Source: an uncultured Methanosarcinales archaeon
GTDB taxonomy: Archaea; Nanobdellota; Nanobdellia; Woesearchaeales; GW2011-AR15
Reading direction: 5' to 3'
DNA length: 64,000 nt
NCBI GenBank assembly: GCA_964441565.1
Contig: CAYTWW010000010.1
Location: 3,637 to 67,636 of the forward strand
The notes beneath the pieces were generated by a model. It was not told where the DNA came from and searched no databases. It was given only the letters and a program-made list of their open reading frames with translations. The position numbers and the translations under genes are program-made. Positions 1 through 7,745 of this stretch are shown here, piece after piece. The first letter of the stretch is position 1; every line of letters begins with the position of its first letter.

Positions 1-260
1 AAAGTAGAATTGTTGGATAAGCAAAGGATCGAAATCACTTGTGTGTGCACTTGAAGAAGCGAAAGATGTCTAGCGCCTGGTGAAGCTGCTCTGGCATAAG
101 TTTAAACTGATTCTCCTCCGGTCCGACATTGTCTCTGTACTGAGAGTACCAAAATAAGTTCCGGATTTGCAAGCCAGATTTGTGTGATAGCTCTGCTTGA
201 TGAGTCTGGCTTGGGCAGCTACGAATGCGTTTCATTCCCTGAATTGAACATCTAACTACT

Positions 261-458
261 TCAATCCAAGTCAAACACATCCTCGATGTGCTTCTTCTTC
301 AAGGCTCTTGTTATCCTGTGGGCGAGCTCCAGGCTTGGGTTGTAGCGGCCTTGCTCAAGGGAGATTATGGTCTGCCTTGTGACATCCACAAGCGAGGCCA
401 GCTGCTCCTGGGTAAGACCAAGCTTCTTCCTCTCCTCAGTTATGTTTGTCTTCATCAT
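261..458 (-). CDS. XRE-family helix-turn-helix transcriptional regulator (65 aa)
   Basis: Translation [26 protein letters not shown] is a canonical Cro/C1 HTH. Its stop abuts the membrane-protein gene at 458. Confidence 0.8.
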   Translation of the reverse strand: MMKTNITEERKKLGLTQEQLASLVDVTRQTIISLEQGRYNPSLELAHRITRALKKKHIEDVFDLD

Positions 459-892
459 TACTCCTTATGCTCAAGGTAGAGGTTGGTCGCGATCTTGACC
501 ACCAGTCCTCCGAAGAGCGCGATCAGGAGGATCGGATCCACTGGGAGGAATCCCACATTGCCTGCCACTGCTGAGCTTGCTGCCTGATATGCGATGCCTA
601 TGGCCATGACTGTGACCATGAACCAGGCGACATTGCGCTCAGCGATAGCCTCATGCCTTGTCTCACGCTCATCCTTCCTGAGCCTGAGCATTATATCTAT
701 AGCATCTATGGCAAAGATTATGCTGTAGATGATCATGAGCATCGTCTTCGCTTCACCTGAGACTGGCAGCACCTGGATGCCCATCATCAAACCGACGAGG
801 ACAGCTATATAGACCCAGCCTTGCCAGGTCCTCGGGGAGAATCCCCATCCTGTGAATTTCCTTCTCTGGAACCATTCTGGTTTTCCTATCAT
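458..892 (-). CDS. small multi-TM membrane protein (DUF2178-like) paired with the HTH regulator
   Basis: Four predicted TM helices. The gene pair with a short XRE regulator immediately downstream is a recurring arrangement. Function unknown. Confidence 0.5.
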   Translation of the reverse strand: MIGKPEWFQRRKFTGWGFSPRTWQGWVYIAVLVGLMMGIQVLPVSGEAKTMLMIIYSIIFAIDAIDIMLRLRKDERETRHEAIAERNVAWFMVTVMAIGIAYQAASSAVAGNVGFLPVDPILLIALFGGLVVKIATNLYLEHKE

Positions 893-988
893 GATCGTTC
901 ACCTCGCTTCTTTGATAGGAATGTCAAAAATATATTACTATATAAATCTGCCGAAAATGTCACATATTTTTTACAGAACGAGAGGGAC

Positions 989-2389
989 TCATGACTTCCT
1001 GCGTAGCATCAGGAGCTTCATCTCATTCTCAGATGAGGCGTAGCGCACTTCACTGACAATATCATATCTCTCTGATATCCTCTGAAGTATGGCAGGCCCT
1101 TGTCTCGAATAAAGCTGCCGTGACACGATGATGAACGCTTCCTGGCTCTCAAGCTCATCTGCATTCTCCACTGTACCAAGAGGGAACACTCGCTTCTCCC
1201 TTGCGCAGGCATATATGTCCTGTGAGGCGAAGCAGTCAGGCATTAGATAATAGGAAAGTGGGAGGACCTCTGAAGATTCGAGAACACCGATGTCTCTCTC
1301 TCCTCTGTCCTGCAGCCTTGCGGAGACCTCATCCCATCTGTCCTTCTGCGTCCCTACATGCTGTGCGACCAGCGCTGCGATGGACAGGACGAGGAGGAGG
1401 AAGAGCATACGTGGCCTCCTGGCCAGGGGGATCGCTGCTCCAAGTATGAATGGGACTACTGCGAAGAAGGAGTATTTGCCTATGAAAAGAGGGTAGATCA
1501 AGAGCGCGAACAGGAATGGCAATATGATGGCGACCGATATCCATGAGAGTAGCATCTTCGAAGGCCTCTGCCTTGACCATGAGTAGATGTAACCAAGCAG
1601 GAGCAGGATCCCGGGTATAGATATGAGGACCCCTGAAGACAGGTCATAGAGCAGGGTGATCGGCATATGAAGGGCTGGACGGGGGATCCACGTGAATGTT
1701 GCCTGGCTGATTATCGATGGAAGCTGCAGCAGCCATGGGAGGAACAGGATGGACGGCACGGATAGCAAAAGTATCATGCGCGACTTCCTTTCGCGGGAGA
1801 TGCTGCTGAAGATGATATCGATCGATTGAGAGAGGAGGATAAGGATAGAGTACATGTGCGAGTAGAGCATCAGTGCTGAGACCAGGGTGTAGAGAGACGC
1901 ACGGGACAAGGTGCACCTTTCCTTGAGCATGATGTATGATAGGTATGATAAGGCTGACAAGAGGAATACAAGCGAATAGGCCCGCAGCTCCTGCGAGTAG
2001 TACACAAGCATAGGATTGAGCGCAGCCAAGGCAGCTGCTGCTAATCCTGCTTTCTGTCCTCCAAGCCTCTTTGCGAGCAGATAGATGACCGGCAAAAGAG
2101 AGGTCCCTATCAGGACAGGGAGGAGCCTCACAGAAGACAGGCCTGTCCCGAAGAGGCTTGTCCAGATCTTGAGCATGATGTTGAACAGAGGAGGAGTATT
2201 GTCGAGAAGACCTATCACTGCCGGCCATGGCTGGATGCTTGTGTGGAGCGTGAAAGCCTCATCAAGCCAGAGGGGTTCAGATGCATGGCCAAAGAGCCTG
2301 ATGGCCAAGGCTATCATGGTTATCAGGAAAAGGTATCTCATGACAAGATCTTTGGAGCATGAGAATAAAACAGAAGGGTTTTGGTTCAA
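989..2389 (-). CDS. GT39/GT83-type (ArnT/PMT_2-like) integral membrane glycosyltransferase
   Basis: Polytopic protein. The N-terminal region HASEPLWLDEAFTLH...GLSSVRLLPVLIGTSLLPVIYLLAKRLGG resembles dolichyl/undecaprenyl-phosphate-sugar transferases of the ArnT/PMT family. The start may be the internal Met at about 2341. Confidence 0.65.
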   Translation of the reverse strand: MNQNPSVLFSCSKDLVMRYLFLITMIALAIRLFGHASEPLWLDEAFTLHTSIQPWPAVIGLLDNTPPLFNIMLKIWTSLFGTGLSSVRLLPVLIGTSLLPVIYLLAKRLGGQKAGLAAAALAALNPMLVYYSQELRAYSLVFLLSALSYLSYIMLKERCTLSRASLYTLVSALMLYSHMYSILILLSQSIDIIFSSISRERKSRMILLLSVPSILFLPWLLQLPSIISQATFTWIPRPALHMPITLLYDLSSGVLISIPGILLLLGYIYSWSRQRPSKMLLSWISVAIILPFLFALLIYPLFIGKYSFFAVVPFILGAAIPLARRPRMLFLLLVLSIAALVAQHVGTQKDRWDEVSARLQDRGERDIGVLESSEVLPLSYYLMPDCFASQDIYACAREKRVFPLGTVENADELESQEAFIIVSRQLYSRQGPAILQRISERYDIVSEVRYASSENEMKLLMLRRKS

Positions 2390-2392
2390 AAG

Positions 2393-2917
2393 CTAGCTCA
2401 CGATTATCTGACGTGCCTGCGCATCATACTCGATGAGAATCTTCTGCTCTGCGACAATAGGCTGGAGGAACCTTATCTGGTTCTTTGATCCGCAGGATAA
2501 CGCAGATGCATCAGAATCATCGAAGCTGTTCTCGATCAGGTGGCACTGCTCCCTGTCGATGAGCATGCCTGTCAGGTCTGCCTCTGTAAGGGGAGAGAAT
2601 GCTGCTCCGGCAGGGATGATTATCTCGCTGCAGAGGATATCTGCCTCTTTCCTGCCATTCGCAGATTGGGTCCAGCATGCCATGATCATCTTAAGCACTG
2701 TGTCCTCGATATCATGGTCGATGCGCATGGCTTCCATCGTGAAAGCTTCCTGATCGCAGAAATCATCGCGTGTCTCCTGCCAGACCGCAGTCCTAAGCTT
2801 GTAGAGAGTATCGCAATACGTCTTCCTCCCTTGGTCAGTCCTGCCTGCATACAGAGTGAACACAAGGAGGATCGAGGCGATTGTCACAATGATGACGAAG
2901 ATGAGGACGACTGACAT
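2393..2917 (-). CDS. hypothetical N-terminally membrane-anchored protein (start moved to internal Met, 175 aa)
   Basis: The track ORF starts at 3067 and overlaps the upstream gene. The internal Met (MSVVLIFVIIVTIASILLVF) follows a GGTGGGGTG SD-like stretch and removes the overlap. It is the last gene of the co-oriented secretome operon. Confidence 0.5.
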   Translation of the reverse strand: MSVVLIFVIIVTIASILLVFTLYAGRTDQGRKTYCDTLYKLRTAVWQETRDDFCDQEAFTMEAMRIDHDIEDTVLKMIMACWTQSANGRKEADILCSEIIIPAGAAFSPLTEADLTGMLIDREQCHLIENSFDDSDASALSCGSKNQIRFLQPIVAEQKILIEYDAQARQIIVS

Positions 2918-2928
2918 CTCTCCCTGCT

Positions 2929-4356
2929 TCACATCCCGCACCCCACCTTGACTGTCTCTGTCACCATGTCTGTGCAGTCTGGGCAATTGGAGTATGTTAT
3001 AATCTCCTCCTGTCCGTATGGTTTTGTGCTGCATGACCCGCCTGGGTTCGCGCCTCCTCCTCCGCACAGGATGTTGCCATAGGGATCTGCTGAATAGCTG
3101 CAGGTCGAAGGTGAATAATGGTCAGGATAGCAGCACTGCGGGATCGGATAGTCCAGGGCTGTCTTCATCGAGATATGCCCTTTGATCCTGAACAAAAGGT
3201 TCGTGAATCCCTCTTCGTATACAGGTGACTGGTATTTATTATCGACACATTCCAGGGTGTAGATATATTCGATCTGCACATTGGCGGCCTTGCCCAGGGA
3301 TGTCTGGTATGGATCTTCGCCATGGCAGGTGCTTGTGCATGCTCCACATGCTGCCTCGCTCCCCTTGAATTTGCAGTCCGCTGCTCCGGCCGCGATCTGC
3401 TCGCCATCCATGGAATAGCAGTAGGGATCGTCTCTCGGCATGTATCTGCAGGTCTGGTCCTTGCAGCCATACTCGCAGTTCTCAGGGTGTCCGATATAGG
3501 GCTTGTCATCACAGGATTGGTAGTCGACCACTACCGAGCAGTCCACATTGCCGTCGAATCTGGACTCAAGGTTTGCGACAGCTGTGTCAAGGAGTCCTTT
3601 TATCGTCCAGGTGGACTCAGGATTGAATGGCTTTGGGCAGCCTCCGCATTGCGGGCAATCGCATTCCAGCGTAGTTATGACCCATGGTCCGTTGATGTGC
3701 TTGCATGTATTGTCCGGGATGCTGTACTCATCGATCCACTGCTTGATGATCCTCCACATGTACCAGTACCTGACTGGCCAGACCTCAGACACATATGAAT
3801 GCATGAATTCCCTCTCATTTTCCCCTCCTTCTATCACCAATGGGTCCCTGAGATTGGCATTGTCTGACATATAGGAACGCCCCTGCACCAGGTATCGTTC
3901 ATCGAAATCTCCTCCCACCACGCCTGATTCATCGACCAGGATCTCGATCTCTGCGAAGGCTCCTGAATCCCTGACCTTGGCACCTCCGAAGTCATAGTTC
4001 CTTGTCCTGAGGAGATAGCTGTTCGAGAAAGCCCGAGTCGAAGTCATCAGGTAGTTGTATGTGTCCAGGAAACCTGGATCATCAGGGCAGGATGCCACAG
4101 TCCAGTACTCCTTGCCTGCGCCGAATTTGGCGTTCTCGAAATCCGCGCGTGTCGATCCGGTCCTAAGGCTGTGATATGCATATTCTTTCATGACCTCGCT
4201 GTAGCTGGCCAGGCTTTCCTGCTCCTGCTTGTCCTGCTCCTGGGTACCAAGTATGCCTATGTCCTGCTGCAGGGTCACAGTTACCAAGAGTCCGAATAGG
4301 ATAAGCATGAATATCCCCGTCATCAGAGCTGAAGCTTTTTTCATGTCCCCTCGCAA
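2929..4356 (-). CDS. secreted/anchored Cys-rich protein (475 aa), pilin-like N-terminus
   Basis: N-terminus MRGDMKKA|SALMTGIFMLILFGLLVTV (KKA then a hydrophobic stretch). The C-terminal half is very Cys-rich (CDCPQCGGCPKP...CGACTSTCHGEDPY). It overlaps the upstream gene by 16 nt. Confidence 0.6.
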   Translation of the reverse strand: MRGDMKKASALMTGIFMLILFGLLVTVTLQQDIGILGTQEQDKQEQESLASYSEVMKEYAYHSLRTGSTRADFENAKFGAGKEYWTVASCPDDPGFLDTYNYLMTSTRAFSNSYLLRTRNYDFGGAKVRDSGAFAEIEILVDESGVVGGDFDERYLVQGRSYMSDNANLRDPLVIEGGENEREFMHSYVSEVWPVRYWYMWRIIKQWIDEYSIPDNTCKHINGPWVITTLECDCPQCGGCPKPFNPESTWTIKGLLDTAVANLESRFDGNVDCSVVVDYQSCDDKPYIGHPENCEYGCKDQTCRYMPRDDPYCYSMDGEQIAAGAADCKFKGSEAACGACTSTCHGEDPYQTSLGKAANVQIEYIYTLECVDNKYQSPVYEEGFTNLLFRIKGHISMKTALDYPIPQCCYPDHYSPSTCSYSADPYGNILCGGGGANPGGSCSTKPYGQEEIITYSNCPDCTDMVTETVKVGCGM

Positions 4357-6179
4357 TGAGCCCTGAACTTTTCTGCTATGTACTCGCTAATAAATCTATG
4401 CCCCTGCGTATTGAGATGTATGCCATCGTTGGCATAGAGTGACATGCAGCTGCCGTGGTCCTGGATGGCCTTTCGCACATCAATCAGCAGATATCCTTCC
4501 TCCTCTGCGAAATCCCTCTCCATCTGCGCCATCTGCTCATGGGATGGGAAGCTTCCTGAGAATCCGGATGAACTTGTGCAGACAGGGATTGTCGTCAGGA
4601 TGACTGGCTTTATGCCTTCAGCCACCATGTCCTGCGCAAGCCTCCGGTAGCCTTTGTATTCCCCCTCTGACTCGATCTGAGATGTCGCCTGCGCTATCGA
4701 GCCTACATTCATCCCGAACCACATCATGACATAGTCTGGCATCTCAGGCAGGATCGTATCGTAGAATGCCTTGCTTGGCGCAGGGATATCTGTCTCTCCG
4801 CCGCAGCTCGCGAGAGGAGCGCTGTCGATACGCTGGCATGTGTAGCCATAGGGGTCGACATGCCAGATATGGGCAGGCATGAGGGAATCAAGCTCCTCCT
4901 TGAGCGGAGTCCCGGAAAGCTCATGTCCTCTTGTTATGCTGTCTCCGAATAGCGCGATCTCTATGGTGGATCCCTGGCACACGTCCTCTGTGTCGTCCTC
5001 AGTGTCATCCTCAGTGTCGGGAGGGACGTATGCTCCTCCCTCGACGTCTGCGAATCCTCCTGGGCTGTACATGAAATCCGCCCTGCAAAGATATGCCTGC
5101 GTGCAGGGGCAGGGGAAGACCACAGTGAATGTATTCACGTCCGCGTCAGGCAGCTTGTAATCAGGACCGACCAACTGCGATGATGTTATGAGCAAGGTCC
5201 GCTCCGGGGTCAGCGGACCTCCAAGGGTCGCTGATATCTCAGCTATGGCGCTGGCTGCATCGACCAGGCTCACCATCCTCCCTCCTGTCTCCTCTGCCAG
5301 GCGTCTCGCAAGGTCCGGCTGGTACGCGCCTGCCCAGGTTACACCGTCATGGCAGACGCACCATGTCGTCGGTGTGACTGGTTCCATGAAGAACACCTGG
5401 ACACCAGCATCCCTGCATCTCTGGATTGCCTCTTCGACATATCGCTGTGTGATCTCATAATTGATCGAAGGGCACCTGGAATTCGAAACGCACCCTTCGC
5501 CGCCGCAGTTGGCTTCGTCGCTTGATATGAACAAGGCCTTGACCATATCATCGGTCCACGGCTGCACCTCTATCCCTGCATCCGACTTGACAACACGTCC
5601 GCTCTCGCAAAGGTTGCCCATCGCACCTGCCCAGTTCTCGATGTCTGTGGTGCCGCCTTTCGCAGGGTCGCAGCGCATGACATCGGGATATGATGAGGAT
5701 AGCTCGGATGTCAGGATCATCTCAGACTCTTCGCTGATCGCATCCATGATCCTCCTTATGGTTATCATGTCATCAGTCATGGTGCCGCTCGAATCGACGA
5801 TGAATGGGAGGAGAGGGATCTTCTCGAGCTTCACCTTGTATAGAGCCAGACCCCAGTTGTCTCTTCCATATATGATATCCAGCTTGTCCCTTATCTCTGA
5901 GCCTGCGTCGAACGTGATGCCGCTGCCATAGTCGACTGCATCTTGTCCATAGCATATGTATGACCCGAGCACTTCTTCGAAAGGGATGCCCTGGCTTGTC
6001 TGGTATCCGAGCGTGGTCGAGCTTATCCCCATATATTCCCTTATGCCCTCGCCCTGTGATTCTTCAGCCCTGGTCACCGCATCCACCAGTGTTCCCTGCT
6101 TGGAGATGAGCAGGAATGCGACAAGCCCTATCAGGAGGAATGTTATTGAGATCCAGATGTCGGTCTGAGCCTTTCTCAT
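4341..6179 (-). CDS. membrane-anchored vWA-like + SGNH/GDSL hydrolase fusion protein (612 aa)
   Basis: N-terminal TM/pilin-like segment MRKA|QTDIWISITFLLIGLVAFLL. Central vWA-like region. DTEDDTEDDTED acidic repeat. The C-terminus carries GDSITRG (the GDSL block) and DGIHLN (the DGxH block) of the SGNH esterase/lipase fold. Confidence 0.65.
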   Translation of the reverse strand: MRKAQTDIWISITFLLIGLVAFLLISKQGTLVDAVTRAEESQGEGIREYMGISSTTLGYQTSQGIPFEEVLGSYICYGQDAVDYGSGITFDAGSEIRDKLDIIYGRDNWGLALYKVKLEKIPLLPFIVDSSGTMTDDMITIRRIMDAISEESEMILTSELSSSYPDVMRCDPAKGGTTDIENWAGAMGNLCESGRVVKSDAGIEVQPWTDDMVKALFISSDEANCGGEGCVSNSRCPSINYEITQRYVEEAIQRCRDAGVQVFFMEPVTPTTWCVCHDGVTWAGAYQPDLARRLAEETGGRMVSLVDAASAIAEISATLGGPLTPERTLLITSSQLVGPDYKLPDADVNTFTVVFPCPCTQAYLCRADFMYSPGGFADVEGGAYVPPDTEDDTEDDTEDVCQGSTIEIALFGDSITRGHELSGTPLKEELDSLMPAHIWHVDPYGYTCQRIDSAPLASCGGETDIPAPSKAFYDTILPEMPDYVMMWFGMNVGSIAQATSQIESEGEYKGYRRLAQDMVAEGIKPVILTTIPVCTSSSGFSGSFPSHEQMAQMERDFAEEEGYLLIDVRKAIQDHGSCMSLYANDGIHLNTQGHRFISEYIAEKFRAHCEGT

Positions 6180-6868
6180 CTTATCACGACACCGCCTTCA
6201 TATGATATCAGCAGGAGATGATCGCCTTCTTCAAGCGTGAATGGCGAGACTGGACAGCTGAAGGCAGCCTTGAAGCAATCCTGCGATATGCAGAAAAGGT
6301 CACCATCATAGCTTATCGTGCCTGTCAGCAACATATGCTCCTCAAATGATTTCCTGTACCTGCAAGCCCTCTTTATCGTCCCATAGAAATCTATCTCATC
6401 TGAGAAATATGCTGTGAGCTCTGCTGTCACAGGACGGATGTCTGAAGGGCCATTGTAGAGCGAGAGGTGGACAGGGATGCTTATCTGCCTGTCTGATCTC
6501 ACTGGCGCGTGGCCGAATTCCCAGGATGATCCGACCACTTCATGGACATGCACCTTGTACAGGAATCTTTCGCTTGACGCGCACCTGACATCTCCTGGCA
6601 GTCCTGCGTACGCAGACAAGAGCGCAGGTGAGAGCAGGCCCTGGATATTTATCAGGTCAGAGCCGGGTATGTCGGAGCCTGCTGCCAGGCATTTCCCAAA
6701 TAACGTCTCAGATACGCTGTATATCTCTGCATAAGGTGAGAAATGCAGTTCCTGCTCTGCGACTCCTTTCTTATTGGACAGGATCGAAATGAGGAGGATG
6801 AATGTGAATATGACAAGGAATACGGCATAGAGCATGTTGGTTGTGAGGGCCATGGATCTCTTATGCAT
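6176..6868 (-). CDS. hypothetical N-terminally anchored protein (230 aa)
   Basis: MHKRSMALTTNMLYAVFLVIFTFILLISIL TM anchor. It has 4-nt ATGA-type overlaps with both neighbours. Confidence 0.5.
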   Translation of the reverse strand: MHKRSMALTTNMLYAVFLVIFTFILLISILSNKKGVAEQELHFSPYAEIYSVSETLFGKCLAAGSDIPGSDLINIQGLLSPALLSAYAGLPGDVRCASSERFLYKVHVHEVVGSSWEFGHAPVRSDRQISIPVHLSLYNGPSDIRPVTAELTAYFSDEIDFYGTIKRACRYRKSFEEHMLLTGTISYDGDLFCISQDCFKAAFSCPVSPFTLEEGDHLLLISYEGGVVIR

Positions 6869-7745
6869 CTTCTTTCCTCAACCTGGTCATCAGGAAGACC
6901 AGCATCAGCATGCCGACTGTCCCAAGAAGAAGTATCCTGTAGTCCACTCCTCCTGACCTGACAGGCTTATCTTCCTCCTCTTCGATGATAAGGACCTCAG
7001 CGATCTCTTCCCCGCATCTTCCTCCGCTGCAGGTGCAGTCAGTGCACGTGTCTGCCTCATTCCAGCAGTCTGATGGGCAAACCTCTCCCTTCTCGCAGTA
7101 GCCATCGCCGCAGCCTCTGAGGCAGATGCCTATGCAGCATCTGGTACCTGTGTCATCTGCATATTCCCATCTTCCGCTGCATCTCTCACCTGCCTCGCAT
7201 GGAGAACCGCCTACATCTGTGCACTTTGTGAGAGGCAGCCTGCTATCGGCATAGAGGCATGTGCCTTTGCATCCAGCGCAGTCTGCGTCCCTTTCGCTGC
7301 AATCAGGATCGCAGATGCCGTCCTCCACGAAGTCACAGTACGAGTCCTTCGAGCCTGAAGGGCAATCTGTGCAGCTGGCTGAATTCTCCCTGAGAGCGCA
7401 GCTGTCGCATGGCTCGCATATTCCATCGAAGTCGCAGAAAGAGATATTTTCCTCATGGCTGAAAGAAGGGCTGGAGATCATGATGGATGCGACACCTGAA
7501 GGCAGTGCAAGCTTCGTGCCTGTGCCAGCGTACATCATGCCGCGCGCTATCTCTGTCCCTGTCCTGTCCCTGAGAGAATACATGGAATAATCACCGTCTG
7601 GTACTCCTCCATAGAATGCGATCGAATGGAGCGCAGAATCGCTTGTGACAGCAGTTCGTATGTTCCCGTCGTACTTAAGATGGAGGATCGGCTGCGCGGC
7701 AGCAGCAGATATAAGCATGATGAACAGGAGGTATACAGGCTTCAT
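6861..7745 (-). CDS. secreted Cys/Asp-rich repeat protein with C-terminal TM anchor (294 aa)
   Basis: Sec-type signal peptide MKPVYLLFIMLISAAAAQP. Repeated DGICDPDC / DGICEPCDSC Cys-Asp modules. C-terminal TM plus basic tail (LLLGTVGMLMLVFLMTRLRKEDA). Confidence 0.6.
   Translation of the reverse strand: MKPVYLLFIMLISAAAAQPILHLKYDGNIRTAVTSDSALHSIAFYGGVPDGDYSMYSLRDRTGTEIARGMMYAGTGTKLALPSGVASIMISSPSFSHEENISFCDFDGICEPCDSCALRENSASCTDCPSGSKDSYCDFVEDGICDPDCSERDADCAGCKGTCLYADSRLPLTKCTDVGGSPCEAGERCSGRWEYADDTGTRCCIGICLRGCGDGYCEKGEVCPSDCWNEADTCTDCTCSGGRCGEEIAEVLIIEEEEDKPVRSGGVDYRILLLGTVGMLMLVFLMTRLRKEDA

Noticed and set aside
35-280. 81-aa minus ORF at the window edge
   Set aside because: No motif and poor composition. 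It overlaps what is probably the 3' end or intergenic region of a truncated upstream gene. It cannot be supported.
1201-1580. Several 60-85-aa ORFs on both strands inside the GT39-like gene
   Set aside because: They are embedded in a long polytopic membrane-protein ORF. Their products are Arg/Pro/Ala-rich out-of-frame translations.
3165-3874. ORFs of 108-158 aa on both strands inside the Cys-rich secreted protein gene
   Set aside because: Out-of-frame with the long ORF. Products are Ala/Arg-rich with no signals.
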